Shown piece by piece: positions 1-12,287 of a stretch of DNA of 64,000 nt; the first letter of the stretch is position 1, and each line of letters begins with the position of its first letter. The position numbers and the translations under genes were made by a program. Location of the stretch: the NCBI RefSeq assembly GCF_023055435.1, contig NW_025963924.1, positions 6,138,001 to 6,202,000 on the forward strand, written 5' to 3'. The DNA comes from Haliotis rufescens (Eukaryota). The notes under the pieces were generated by a model. It saw only the letters and a program-made list of their open reading frames with translations, was not told the DNA's origin and ran no database searches.

Positions 1-166
1 GGACATTCAAATAACTTCTTCGTCATGGTGTAGCGGCCGTATAAATAGTTGTCGGGCGCACTACAGTTGTAGTATTGGGCACACTGAGTGGGGTGAGGGA
101 TCGGTGTGTCCGACGGCGGATTGCACATTGGCTCCACGTAACTTGTGGGTGCAATCAATGCTGATG
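1..166 (-). CDS. Gene A CBM14 (peritrophin-A/ChtBD2) exon, truncated by window edge
   Basis: Acceptor attccag|CA at 167/166; reads SALIAPTSYVEPMCNPPSDTPIPHPTQCAQYYNCSAPDNYLYGRYTMTKKLFECP; clear paralog of gene B exon 13404-13655. Not in the ORF track in this frame. Confidence 0.85.
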
Positions 167-199
167 CTGGAATCAATGTGATTTGACAGGTGAAGAACT

Positions 200-560
200 A
201 GTTTGTGTTTGTTTGTTTGTTTGTTTGTTTGTTTGTTGTTTACCACCGCACTCAACAATAATCCAGCTATATGACGGCGATCTGTAAAAAATCGAGTCTG
301 GACCAGACAATCCAGTGATTGACATCAGGAGCATCGATCCACGCAATTGGGATCGATGACATGCATCAACCAAGTCAGCGAGGCTGACCACCAGATCCCG
401 TTAACAGCAACCTTTGGTATTTACACTGTTCCAAAACGTGCTTCATTTACCAGTATATGTACCCAATATGATCCCGTTCGTCGCCTATTACGACAAGCAT
501 AGTCGCCATTTACGGCAAGCATGGGTTGCTGACGACCTATTCTCCCCCGGATCCTCATTA
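200..560 (-). mobile_element. SINE-like family 2 (non-tRNA head, (CAAA)n tail); others about 3085-3375, 59118-59304, 61165-61337, 61445-61767, 62155-62426, 62950-63205
   Basis: Recurrent body ...GGATTGTCTGGTCCAGACTCGATT...GCGGCGTTAAACAACAAAC in multiple copies. Confidence 0.8.
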
Positions 561-843
561 GTTTGTGAATGAGGACTCTGAACTCCACTCCTTCTTACCA
601 GTGAAACCAAACCCGCGGCACTCCCTCTACCTATCCCGTTGCTTACCACCTATCCTCTCGTACCCCACCGAGCAATGACCCGTCTCTCCATATATCCCTC
701 ACCCCCGTCGGCCAACACTCCTCACCGCAACCTTCGTTCCACCTACCCTCTTCTATCCCGCCATTTAACACTTCTCTCTGCACTTCTCTTACCCTTACCG
801 AACAATGCTCCTAACTGCAACCCTCTCTCCACCCTAAACTCAC

Positions 844-918
844 TTAGCTTGGCCAGGGGCGGCCAGGTGCGGTCAGCAACACCATCAGCAAGCACAACAC
901 GCGACACTCACGCATCAT
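844..918 (-). pseudogene. Gene A signal-peptide exon with apparent frameshift/premature stop
   Basis: MMRECRVLCLLMVLLTAPGRPWPS* with TAA directly before the GTGAGT donor; paralog in gene B (MMCESRVLCLLMVLLAALDS) is open and phase 1. Acceptor ttttcttgtag at 945/944. Confidence 0.65.
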
Positions 919-1358
919 GGAGCTGTAGATGAGATCCGAACCGTCTACAAGAAAACTAATGCATTTAAATGTTGGAGCTGATCTGGATAAAATGACATGC
1001 CATATGTAGTATGTTAAACAGGTTTGTGTCAACGTTTTCATCCGAATATATCAATATAATAACAAATTAACATTTTGTATAACATGTAAACTACCGTTTT
1101 GGGTGCAATCGAATGTCCTAATATCCCAGTTTATAAGTCAGATATCTTATCTTCGGCGACATTTAGTGATCTTGGGTGAAGAAGGAAACCACAGATAAAG
1201 GTCAGCCATATACAGAGTGCATACGTTTTGAACTGAAGTTAAAAGATAAATACAAACATACACACTTTATTAAATAAAAAATTATAATTGTTCTGGCATG
1301 CTTAATATAACCATTACTATTTAGATTTAAAGAAGTATCAAACGATTACACCGCACAA

Positions 1359-1523
1359 TGAGTGAGTGAGTTTGGTTTTACGCCGCTTTTAGCAATATTC
1401 CAGCAATATCACGGCGGGGGACACCAGAAATGGGCTTCACACATTGTACCCATGTCGGGATTCGAACCCGGGTCTTCGGCGTGACGAGCGAACGCTTTAA
1501 CCACTAGGCTACCCGACCGCCCC
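1359..1523 (-). mobile_element. tRNA-derived SINE family 1
   Basis: A box TAGCCTAGTGG, B box GGTTCGAATCC, (ACTC)n tail, 12-bp TSD tacaccgcacaa; empty paralogous site near 16577. Confidence 0.9.
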
Positions 1524-1875
1524 TACACCGCACAACAAAAGTACACCTTTAATTGGGCTGAAATAGAAGGAAACGTTTCTTTCGCATTTGGCGTCACTAT
1601 TAATCCAACATAAAGATATGTTTAAATTTCCCATCGTTATATGAAGTGTTATATGCTCTGCTCTCTATAAAATGAACACAAACGTGTGTTGTTTGTATTA
1701 AAGAGCCAAGTTCAGTGCATGCACAGTTACCTTTGTCTGTTTTCTTGGTATGAACATTTTAAAAAGTGTTCCTCCCACTTTTTTCCAAAAACAACAACAT
1801 TCTACCTCCCTCCTCACTTTTAGAAACATTATTATTTTTATGTACCCCGGTATATATAAAAATATATGAACTCAC

Positions 1876-1979
1876 CTTAACAGGGCCAAAATTGCTACAG
1901 GACAGCAGCGTGTGGTAGTTATGTAATATCTCTCCTGAAATGCCAAGGTATATTTAGATATGGGAAATGCGCATGTGGT
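1876..1979 (-). promoter_or_regulatory. Gene A predicted core promoter and non-coding first exon
   Basis: AAG|GTGAGT donor at 1876/1875; 33-bp block 1947-1979 identical to gene B 17020-17052, including TATA-like TAAATATA on minus strand. Confidence 0.6.
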
Positions 1980-2283
1980 CATGTGTAATTTCTGCTGTGG
2001 AGTAAACATTTGTATAATAGGGATAGGTGTGAAGTAATAATCTGTCGTAGAATTACATCACATAAGTATTAAGGATCAAGATGCATATGGAGATAAGAAC
2101 AAAGGTTCAGGCAATACTTGAATGTTGTTTAACGCCACATCGGGAATATCTAAATCAGGACGACTTTTTGTTGTAAACATGTTTTTGGATCCCCAGGTTG
2201 ACGGAGATGCCTCAAAATTAAAGATACGTTGATTTTGTTCTTCGCCAAGTCTGTTAACAAACGTCAACATAAAATAGATAGCA

Positions 2284-2350
<67 letters not shown>
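2284..2350. repeat. (TG)n(AG)n microsatellite
   Basis: Direct. Confidence 0.95.
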
Positions 2351-2351
<1 letters not shown>

Positions 2352-3539
2352 AAGAGTCCTTAATTCCCTTATTGTCGAGCGCCAGACAGGTAAAACACAA
2401 GTACTGTATTTTAACGTCTCTTGGTATGACGCGGTCAGGATTCGAACCACCAACCTTCCGCTCTCTTGTCAGGCAACCATCCACTTGACCATGGATGCGG
2501 TCCGCCATTTACTGGAGTTTCTGATAGGATTGCGTGGCATGGTCCCCGACTGTGTGGGACATGATCATGTGGTGGTTATCTGAAGGGCAGATATGTGGTT
2601 TTATGTGCAGGTACATATAAACTCTCCCTGTGTTGTGAAGCTCCTTTTGTAAAAACACACACGGGCCACATACGCATGCACGCGCGAAGATACACAAACA
2701 CGGACACACGCACGCACGCACTCTCGTATGATGCACACACGCACACAGCCATAACTTCATGAGTTTCATTTGTTCTCAAAGAGTGTGTTGTAATGAATTA
2801 ATTTGTCGTATAATATACATAAAATATGTATTAAGGATTATTAAAGATGACGATGAGTTTAAGAACAAGGTTTTATATTTGGTTCAAGTAAAAATATTTT
2901 AATAAAGAAATATTGTTTATTCTACCTCCATGTGCAGTGTAGTAAAGTAAAGTTTTTCAATAAATTAGTATAGCTAAAGCACGAGGACGCTTGACCTCAC
3001 ATAATCGATAGGCAACACATGATTACCCACTGAATCGGGTATATTTAAGTCATCACGACGTTTGCTATAAAGACTGACATCATGCGCATCGATCCATGCA
3101 ATTGCGATACCATGACATGCATCAACCACTCGATCCTATCATCGTATCCCAATTGTGTGGATTGATGCTCATGATATCAATCACGGGATTACATGTTCCA
3201 GACTCGATTGTTTGCAGACCGCCGTCATATAGCTTGAATATTGCTGAGTGCGGCGTTAGACAACAAACAAACAAACAAAACCATTAGTCGCCTCTTACGA
3301 CAAGCAAAGTCGCCTTTTACGGCAAGCATGGGATGCTGAAGACATATTCCGTATTCTACCCTGGATCTTCACGGTTCAATACTTTTATGCCTAGGTTGAC
3401 GGAGAGCCCACAAAATAATGATACATTTAGTAGTTTCTCGCCGATTTCCCCCCCCCCCCCCCGACTAAACCATAGATTGTGTTAATCAAGTAGTGATCTA
3501 AACCATGTGTTAGCTTAAAGGCAGCACCTACCACAAACA

Positions 3540-4320
3540 TGCAAACGCGCGTCCTTTCTTACAAGTCGAGGTAGGGCATTGCATCAGACATCGTTTTTGT
3601 CACTGGTTTTGGAAACTTAGGAAATGTCCTTCACATTCTGACGTAAAAGGTTTTGAAAGCTTTACTGAGCCAACGTTTGAGCACTTGTATGACGCTCTTT
3701 GAAACCTTCATACAAAAGGCACGCATGAAAAGAACCTCAAAAGTACCTGAAATGTGGAAACCCAAGATTGGAGCTGCTGGAATATTGCTCGACATAAATT
3801 GAAAGTTGACGTCATCTCTCTTGCCATACAGTCTTGTGGAGCGTTTTTGATTCTTTATGCATGGATCTAAATATGTGCAATAATCTTGAACCCGACGTTA
3901 AGCCCTCATTCACCTCACAACACAGCACACACATACTATACACACAACAAACACACATAAATGATACACATAGGACAACGAAGAGTGAGTGAGTTTGGTT
4001 TAACGCCGCCTTTAACAGTATTCCAGTCATATCAGCTTAATGTGGGAGAAAACATAGACAAACCTAGAAACATAATCGGGGCGAACCTGGATTCGAACCC
4101 ACAAGCATAGGTTTCTGGCGTGCCCAGGGGACGCAACTATGCACAGCGAATCGCGGCGACTTAGACGACTGGGCCACCCGTGCCCCCCACAACGAAGATG
4201 TAATTAATGATCAAATCCATCATTTCACATATTGTTTCCTCAGTAAACTTCAGATGACATTAACTTTTCTTTTTTCTCTGAAGATAGAGATGTAACGATA
4301 TCTATGTCATCCCATTTAGT
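3540..4320 (-). mobile_element. Second decayed Penelope-like fragment
   Basis: Homologous to 7950-8180/8800-8870 and 9180-9290; RLYGKRDDVNF...SNIPAAP. Confidence 0.6.
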
Positions 4321-4576
4321 TGCTTATGCACCAGACCGCAGTGGTCTAGTGGTAGAGGGTCCGCCCGGAGAGCGGAAGGTCCGGGGTTCGATCCCCGGTC
4401 GCGTCATACATAAATACGGTAAAAGATGGTATTTGTTGTTACCCTGCCTGACTACGGCATAAAAGGGGACTGGTCCGCTCGGAGGAGTCAGTATACTGTG
4501 TCTGAGTTGGGTATTTATGTGAAACTGCGGCATGGTATCTCAGTGGGCTAGCACTATAAAACGACAGGTGCAGTTA

Positions 4577-4751
4577 CAGTAAAATACGGTTATAACGAAC
4601 TCAAAGGGACTACTTATTTTAGTTCGTTTTAACCGTAGTTCGTTATACGCATATATACAGAATAACTACAGGAAATAGTCAGGACCAAAAAAGTAGTTCG
4701 TTATATCCGTCATTTCGTTATAAGCGTGTTCGTTATAACCGCAGTTTACTG
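4577..4751. mobile_element. 175-bp pogo/Tigger-type MITE nested in a SINE (same family at 29004-29178, about 37753-37927, about 45529-45703)
   Basis: TA|CAGTAAAATACGGTTATAACGAAC...GTTCGTTATAACCGCAGTTTACTG|TA. Confidence 0.88.
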
Positions 4752-5735
4752 TATCTCAAATGCGACGTTAAACCCCATTTCACCACCACCATGAATATCG
4801 TTTCGTCTGTTTCCGGTATAGTACACCGAAGTCCCCCGAACTTAATAAATAAGCGTTCAAATAGTTTGGTGGTTTTTTTGCCTTTTACGTCCAATGGAAT
4901 CTGTTTCGGCAGACAATCCACACTGATATTCTCTGGCGTCCACGTTTTAGATTTACATGAACTGGGTCGATGTTTCTGCTGGCGGACTGACGTCCTAGAG
5001 TACCATCATCACCTCAACGACAAAAGAACAGTTTGAGCCGAGACATTAAAACTAGCCCCTCGTATTCTGTTGCAAAAACAACATATTTCTGAACCGTTTC
5101 TCTTTACGTGTGTGGGGGGTACGGGTGGCCCAGTCGTCTAAGGCGCCGCAATTCGCCGAGTTCGTAGAGTTGCGTCCCTTGATCTCGCCAGAAACCTATG
5201 ATTGTGGGTTCGAGTCCCGGTTCGCCCCGATTATGTTTCTAGGTTTGTCAGCACCATACCCGTGCTCGTGGTCTTCCTGCACCACTTGGGGCTTTTCTCC
5301 CACATTAAGCTGACACGCCGTGATATAACTGGAATAATGTTAAAAGCGGCGCTAAATCCAACTCACTCACTCTCTTGACGTGTACGCAGCAGAATTTCTT
5401 CACTTGTACAGAGCAGATGTAGTTTCAAATTAACATACCGTTTTCAGTTTTAAAATCAAGAAACACGCTGTGTACTGGATTGTCTGTTCACTGTTACGAC
5501 AGATGTTGACGTTATATATTTCCACCAAAAATATTTGCCTAAGGGCCACTTTTTATCCTATTTGCTCGATCTTGTGGCATGGGTCAGTTGCCACCGAGTG
5601 GTAGGTTTGGTTTTGTGAACGCATTCAGCAATGGGGGTACATTTTCCCCACAGTATCCCCAGGGTTAAACAGATGCAATGTTTACATGCTTTTTATTTCT
5701 TACTGGACATTGTGATTTTTTAAACAATGCATTTT

Positions 5736-5971
5736 TTATCTACACTCGCAGGCACGCAAATTTGCGTCAAAAATAGGGCTCCCCGGGTCGCAATTAGGAC
5801 ACACGCCAGTTTTGAGCAGTCGCTGATTAAGGCACTCAACGTAGTTACGAGAGTTGGGGCGATGTTCGTAGACGTTGAGGCCGTCGGCGAGGTTCCTACA
5901 GGTGGGGTTGTTGATGAAACAGGGTGGCCCACAGTCCTTGCCCCCAGCACACGCGTGCTGAGCATACTCGC
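5736..5971 (-). CDS. Gene B last exon: Cys-rich linker + C-terminal CBM14-like domain
   Basis: ttttcag|GC acceptor completes Cys codon (phase 1); CEYAQHACAGGKDCGPPCFINNPTCRNLADG...VECLNQRLLKTGVCPNCDPGSPIFDANLRACECR*; homologous to gene C exon 3; AATAAA at 5692-5697 (minus). Confidence 0.85.
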
Positions 5972-6258
5972 CTGAAAAGATATAACTCATATGCGCTAAA
6001 TGCCAACTGTAAGTGTCAAAATTAAAAGTTGTGAAAAACTTATTGGCATGAACATTATCAGACATGATAAGACCTTGTGTATATCTTTCTTACACTTGCA
6101 ATGTTTCGACTTTTGACATTGGCAAGTACATAAGTATGGATACAATGAGTGAAAAACGCAGAATTTTAGAATTTCAAGTGAAAATCAAAGTATGAGCAAG
6201 ACGTTGTCTCAAGATGATTTTTATCACATGTTTGTAATGTTTGTATTCTAGGAAAATG

Positions 6259-6801
6259 CATCTTCCCGAGGCAAGAGAGTTAACTGATTTTAAGGTCCAG
6301 TTTCCACCCTTGCCGAACTAGGCTGGAATTCCTGGGCTCGATCGTAGCTATTACCTGTGGCTATTACGAGTTCTGCCCCTTCTAAGCCTTTCCTATGGAC
6401 CAATCAGATTCCACATCTCGTATCGCTTGCATTTGTTTCAAACAAAATGGTGGCGCCCTGTCAAGACGATCCTATCGATAATCAAGATCTATATTGCGAT
6501 AAAACGGGTCTGACATCGCGAAGTGCATGAAATCACGTGAGCACCTTGATTAAGACATGAAAAGATCTGGAAAACATCAAATGACAACGAGTTGGCGGTG
6601 CACATGCTTTGCAAATCCTGCAATCGACCGAAATCCGACGACAGTTTACGAACCGGATTTCGATTTCGTTGCGCGATTTTGATTGGGCTATGCATAGACT
6701 CGTTAGTCCAGCCAAAATGTAACTCCAAAATACCAGCCTAGTTCGGCAAGGGTGGAAACTGGACTTTTATAGTCAGTCAACTCCCTTGCCTCGGGAAGAT
6801 G
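6259..6801. mobile_element. 543-bp non-autonomous DNA transposon, 9-bp TSD (Mutator-like by TSD length)
   Basis: About 65-bp TIRs CATCTTCCCGAGGCAAG...; TSD aggaaaatg at 6250-6258 and 6802-6810. Confidence 0.88.
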
Positions 6802-7899
6802 AGGAAAATGAGCTAGGGTCAAAGATTTGCTCAGGTGTAAATATTAGATAAACATTTCCTGAAAACCTATATCAAAAGCCTTTTTGACTCATTTTATCCT
6901 AACCTATGCCTGTAGTTGAATTCTTTGAACAACCAAAGCTAAGCTCACATTCATACAAACATATCTCATTAATTTTCTTAGTACTAATTTTTAGCCAAAG
7001 TTTTTCCCAATTCTTAAATTATGCGGAAAAGGGGCTGTTATCCTACCATGTCCTTTGTCATTTGAAAATAAATTATATCATACTTTACACATACTGGTGT
7101 TTATACTATTTGTTTACGCTGTCCACACAAGGACATATTCATTTAAATCTATTTTTTTAAGAAAATACATTTATATAAAACCAAAGAGGTTCATTCAATT
7201 TACAACAGGGAAAGTCTAGAAATACTTCACACTAAATCTAAATTCGATTACCAACATTGGTATGTTATTGTTGCTAAAAGCTAGTTCTTTCAAAAACAAA
7301 TCTGCACCACTGAAAGAGCTACTAAAATCTTCAAATTTACCAAGACAACAAAATGACTGAAACGTTGGTATAAGATATGGTATAAGTCCCATACAAAATA
7401 GTTGCTTGGCGATACGGAGCATTCTGTTCATGTTGGGTTAGGTTACACAGCAAACGTTCTTTATCACTGCAAAAAAGTGTTCTTTTTACAGTCAATATTA
7501 CTATATTTCTTAAATCTGTACTTATATAAAATACAGTTTTGTTCTAGTTAAAATCAAGCGTAGCAAGGCGCCTGCGTTATCTCACGTCACATGTTTCGAT
7601 ATCGGTCTTATTTTAAAACATTTATATTCTACGGTTAAAGTATTTCAATAAAAATTTGTTATTGTTACCTGTGTATGATCAAACCAAACCCTTTTAATTA
7701 ACTTTTTTCAGTTAAAAGGAGTAAACGCATCATAGTCTGTATTGACAAAATATTGCAATAAAAGTGACAAAACCCTTTCTATATTACTAAAAATAATGGC
7801 CGAAAACAGTGACGATTGTACGATTACGGCTATATCATGAGCGTGTGTTTAGTGACGATGCCCCCACCCCATCCCCATCATAGACAAAGGCAAGTTAAT

Positions 7900-10480
7900 T
7901 GTTCATTTGGTACAAGTCAAAATAGGGAATTGCATAGGACTGATGTGTCAAATTTGGAAATGTCCTCGCATGTCTACCAAAAACGTTTAGAAAGGTTTAC
8001 TGAGGCCTTGAATGTTGTAACCAGGCTAAAAAAAACTGAGCAGGAGCTGTATGACGCTCATTGAAATCCTGGTAGAAAGAGCATGCTTGATTGAAGCTCA
8101 TAAGAAATGAAGACACTAAGAGATGGAGCTGCAGGAATATTGCTCGACCTGAAGGGAAAGTTGAAGTCATCCCTCTTTTCTACGGTGGCCCATAAGGGAC
8201 ATGGAGTCTGTTTTTCCATATTTTGATATTTCACTTACATTTATCGTAACCTTTTGCAAATTAACACGATCTGTCTTACAAATATGTGATAAATCATGTG
8301 TAAAGAAGATATTGAATCGCTGAAAAACGAAACGAAAATGTCAAAAACTAAAATGAAAATGTCAAAAACACAAAACGAAAATGTCAAAAACTAAAATGAA
8401 AATACAGAAAACTATTTCCACCGCGGTGATAATATTCCCACCCCGGTGATAATATTTACACCGCGGTGATAATATTTACACCGCGGTGGAAATAGTTTTC
8501 TGTGTAATCATTTTAGTTTTTGACATTTTCGTTTTGTGTTTTTGACATTTTCATTTTATTTTTTGACCTTTTCGTTTTGGTTTTTGACATTTCCATTTTA
8601 GTTTTGGACATTTTCACTTCACATTTCAGCGACTCAAAAGCTACTTAAAAGTACATTTTCTATGTTTTCGGATGTTTTTATACATGATTTATCACATATT
8701 TGTATGGCAGATTGTGTTAATTTGCAAAAGGTTAAGATAAAAGTAAGTTAAACATCAAAATATTGAAAAACAGACTCCATGTCCCTTATGGGCAACCGTA
8801 CTTTTCATACAGTCTGGTGGAGAGTGTTTTGTCACTCTGAATCTTTATGAATAGATCTAAATATGAAACAGACAAAGCTTTCTAACCGAATTATTCGTTT
8901 ATATGGCCTCCTTTATTTCTAGTTCAGGTGGGTAAGTCAATGGAAATTGGCTATTTACTGGTTATTGATCAGCATCTGATCAGTGCTATACCTGAAGCTT
9001 AAATTAAACGTCTTGGCCATATTAGCTTGTTTTGACTAGGCCAGTCCGAGCAGAGTTTCCGATTCGCATGCATAAACAGATCAGCGAGAAGAGTGGCACC
9101 ACTGGTGTCTATGGGGATGCCTTCTTCTTACCTAAACGTCTTACCCCCAAATAATTCATATAAATTATCAATGAGGAAGACCAGCGCTTCACATATTATC
9201 TCAGTAAACTTTAGAAGACATTTGCTTTCAATTTTCACAAATAACCTGAAACTCTGAGGATAGATATGTAATTATATACCCATGGATCAAGGAAAAAAGA
9301 TTTTAATTAGGTTTGTCATGTGGGAAAGTGGTGTACAAAACTTAAAAATCCATATGTTTTGACAGCATTGAACCTGGTTCTTTTCTGAAATTGTAAACAG
9401 TCATTGAAATCCTTTGAGATTGTGACAATCCTCATGGTATAAATTCCACTTGTCTCAAATATTTTCTTTGAATATAAAGGAAGTCCTTCCTTGATTGTGT
9501 TAAGGCTTATAGTTAATCTTTGGTGGTACATTTGCTGGACCCAGCAATAAATCTCTCTTTGTATGGATTTTTATGTAGCTTTACAAAAATCCGGTACAAA
9601 AGACCAATGGACATGTCTTCATGTTTTAGAGCCAAGTCAAAATTTGATAGTACTGATGCATGGTTATGGCATATGTCTTCCTCAGTAAACATACGAGCCT
9701 TATTATTAGATATGGCGCTTATATCAAGTTCAATTAATGTAGTGATGCTTACATGTAATGGTTATGTTATTTGAGGCCTTGTCAGAGGGAACAACTACAA
9801 ACTTTTCATGTAGGGCAGCTAGGCTGTGGATGTCAGCTGGCTGGGACAGAATAAGTTTCTTTCCTTTCTGTTTCCTCTTTTCCAGTTTCATCCTCTTAAT
9901 TTCTAGGGGTCGCATTTCGGTAACCCTGGGGGTTAGTGTAGGTTTACCGAATTGAGAGCCCTGGAGATATAGAGGATGTTTCAGTTTGTGCTTTCTATCA
10001 ATGACATCACACACTTACTTAGCCCACTCTGAAACACATTCAACAGATTCTCCTTCTTTTTTGGCCCATATACTGGCATATGCTTCGACAACATCCATAA
10101 TGATTTTAAAGTTGTGATCCAAATTAGTAGGAGGCTGCTCGCGATATTAACATATTATGGCACATGTTTGGAAAGTGATTTTTGTCTGAGAATGTTGTTT
10201 GAATTAAAGGCATCAGCTCCCTTTTTTGCAAATTACAATTTCAAGAATATGCAGTCTTTGTCTGATTTAGTGGAGTCTGTTCCTGGTTTGGCTAAAAGTT
10301 CCAAAGCAATATCAAGAAATATACTCTCTCGTCGATATTGTGGGCTCTTTACAATCTAGTAGATATTGTCGACTCTGACTGTATGTAGACACGCTAATCA
10401 GCAAAAGCTGCAGGAGTCGTTGAAATTCTTAGTATAGTCTTCCAAATGAATGGTATGATTTGGACCTTTCTTTTAATCAT
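7900..10480 (-). mobile_element. Decayed Penelope-like retroelement RT
   Basis: Broken-frame motifs VVVPSDKASNNI, VKTY, GIPIDTSGATLLADLFM, FNLSFRY, TRLY.KRDDFNFP...SNIPAAP typical of invertebrate PLE RTs; interrupted by the 8181-8800 element. Boundaries approximate. Confidence 0.75.
8181..8800. mobile_element. 620-bp foldback-type palindromic element, 6-bp TSD
   Basis: TACGG...CCGTA termini, long imperfect TIRs with internal subrepeats, TSD cttttc at 8175-8180 and 8801-8806. Confidence 0.9.
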
Positions 10481-10660
10481 GGCTGGGTAGACGTCTTTGG
10501 GATGCATGAAACAGACTCTTTTCATTAAAAGCTGGCAGTTCATTGGTTAGAAAGACTGCAACCGTCGTTTATGACCGTGAACGTCAACTAATGTGCCATT
10601 TTTGGCAACTTTCTCGATAATTATAAGTCTAAGTAGTTGATAAATGTTAAAGGTGTATAT

Positions 10661-11020
10661 ACGAGGGGTGGCTGAGCCTAATTACGAAGGATATACAGTA
10701 CACACTTTGCAGTACACACACAACCATTTGATTCAGCGAGGTAAAGGGATTTGTTTCTGAAAAAAAAATTAAGTCCATGTTAAACTGAAAAACTTACATA
10801 CGCCTCGCAGTGAAGGAAAAACATGATATACCCTAATCTTGAAGACGGTGTGTATTTAATTGTTGAGAAGTAACTGTGAACTTACCAAGTGGTAGCACTG
10901 GGGACAAGTGGCTGTCTGGCACCTCAAAACTAGAATTCCACCTCTACCCAAACTTGAAGAAAGAACTCTCTGGTAAGCATTAAGTAAACGGTGATGAAGT
11001 CATGTCTGCTGCGGGGGTCT
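10661..11020 (+). mobile_element. mariner relic (left part)
   Basis: TACGAGGGG terminus-like motif; EFHLYPNLKKELSGKH segment duplicated at 13100-13180. Confidence 0.55.
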
Positions 11021-11089
11021 CAGCAATATTCCAGCTATATGACAAAGGTTTGTTGTCAGCCTTGTCTGACAACTCTTCCAGGAGGAACA

Positions 11090-11950
11090 CACCTAATCTC
11101 CTAAGCCTTGCGACTATATGAATCCATGGGAAAGGATATGGGAAATCCGGAGTCAGGGTCCGTAAGGCAGTATCCTGTTGTCTTCAAGTCCCTACAGGCA
11201 GCTCTTGTGAAGCATCTGATACCATCTTGCTCTGCACATCAGTTGTCCCAGGCCTGCACCCATTAGAGGCAATTCCAGCATCAACTCACAGTGACGGCAC
11301 AACCCCGGAAGCAGGTGTCTACTAGTGATAGACCTAGCTTGATTGACGTACAATATAGCACCAAAGGTTGGAATGCTGGAAAGTTTGCACCATGACGACC
11401 GGATTGTAATGGACCTCGGAGATAAGTGATGTACCAAGACCGCTGTCATCAACAACGAAGTCCATCAACTGCACGTGGACCTCACCTTGCTACAGGCTTT
11501 GCTGTCAAGGACTCAATGCTCAGAATGATAGAGAGTGGCAAGAATGGAATGGAGAGAATTCGACTCGTCACATCCGAAGGGCCTCATCAGGCTGCCCGTT
11601 GCTACCCTCTGCTGCACACAGAAGGTAAAGCACAGGTTCGAGTTCTAGGGAGAACAGCAAGCTGACAACCCACACCAGTCTACATAGCCTTCTTCTTAAG
11701 CACAATGTTGTACGGCAGTGAGTCTTGAACCCTCTCCTCCAGACAAAGAAGAGAAACTCAGTACCTTCCACATGTGCAGCCTCGGAATTAGCTGGAGTGA
11801 CCGAGTCACAAAAACTGAAGATCTGAAGACGCCATATCCTGAGTCTCTTCCCCCCAGCTCGAACAGCACTAACTTCGCTGGATTGCCACGTCCTTCGCAT
11901 GGAGGATGTGACAACACTGAAGTACTTCCTGTATGGCTAGCTCGCCTACA
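11090..11950 (+). mobile_element. Heavily deleted RTE-clade LINE relic
   Basis: Fragments KTAVINNE and GFAVKDSMLRMIE (APE-like), GISWSDRVT and HVLRMED..LKYFLYG (RT C-terminus). Confidence 0.6.
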
Positions 11951-11957
11951 GCAAAAG

Positions 11958-12287
11958 GAGGTGAGGTGAAATGGGGTTTAACGTCGCGTCCAAGATTATT
12001 GCACTTATATAGCGACGTGCATGCACGTGGCTGCTTGTACTAGTCCGGACTGATGCCGATTTATAGTGCAAGCACACTGAGATACAATGCCGCAGTTTAA
12101 TATGAATACCCCTCTCAGACACAGTATAGCCGATCAGTCCTTGTTTAAGCCCCTTAATGCCGAGCGCCAGACAGGGTAACAACAAGTACCATCTTTTAAC
12201 GTCTTTTGGTATCACGCGGCCGGGGATCGAACCCCGGACCTTCCGCTCTCCGGGCGGACGCTCTACCACTAGACCACGGAGGCGGTC
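11958..12287 (-). mobile_element. tRNA-derived SINE family 4 (others 2350-2506, 4330-4790, 17545-17679, 54315-54585, 58425-58750)
   Basis: Head ACCGCCTCCGTGGTCTAGTGGTAGAGC...GGTTCGATCCCC, conserved body, (CACCT)n tail. Confidence 0.88.

Noticed and set aside
1359-1523. tRNA genes at A/B-box sequences
   Set aside because: No complete cloverleaf; SINE bodies, tails and TSDs present.
8410-8500. Resemblance of CACCGCGGTGATA repeats to the phage lambda operator consensus
   Set aside because: Short palindrome inside a eukaryotic TIR element with no phage context; coincidence.
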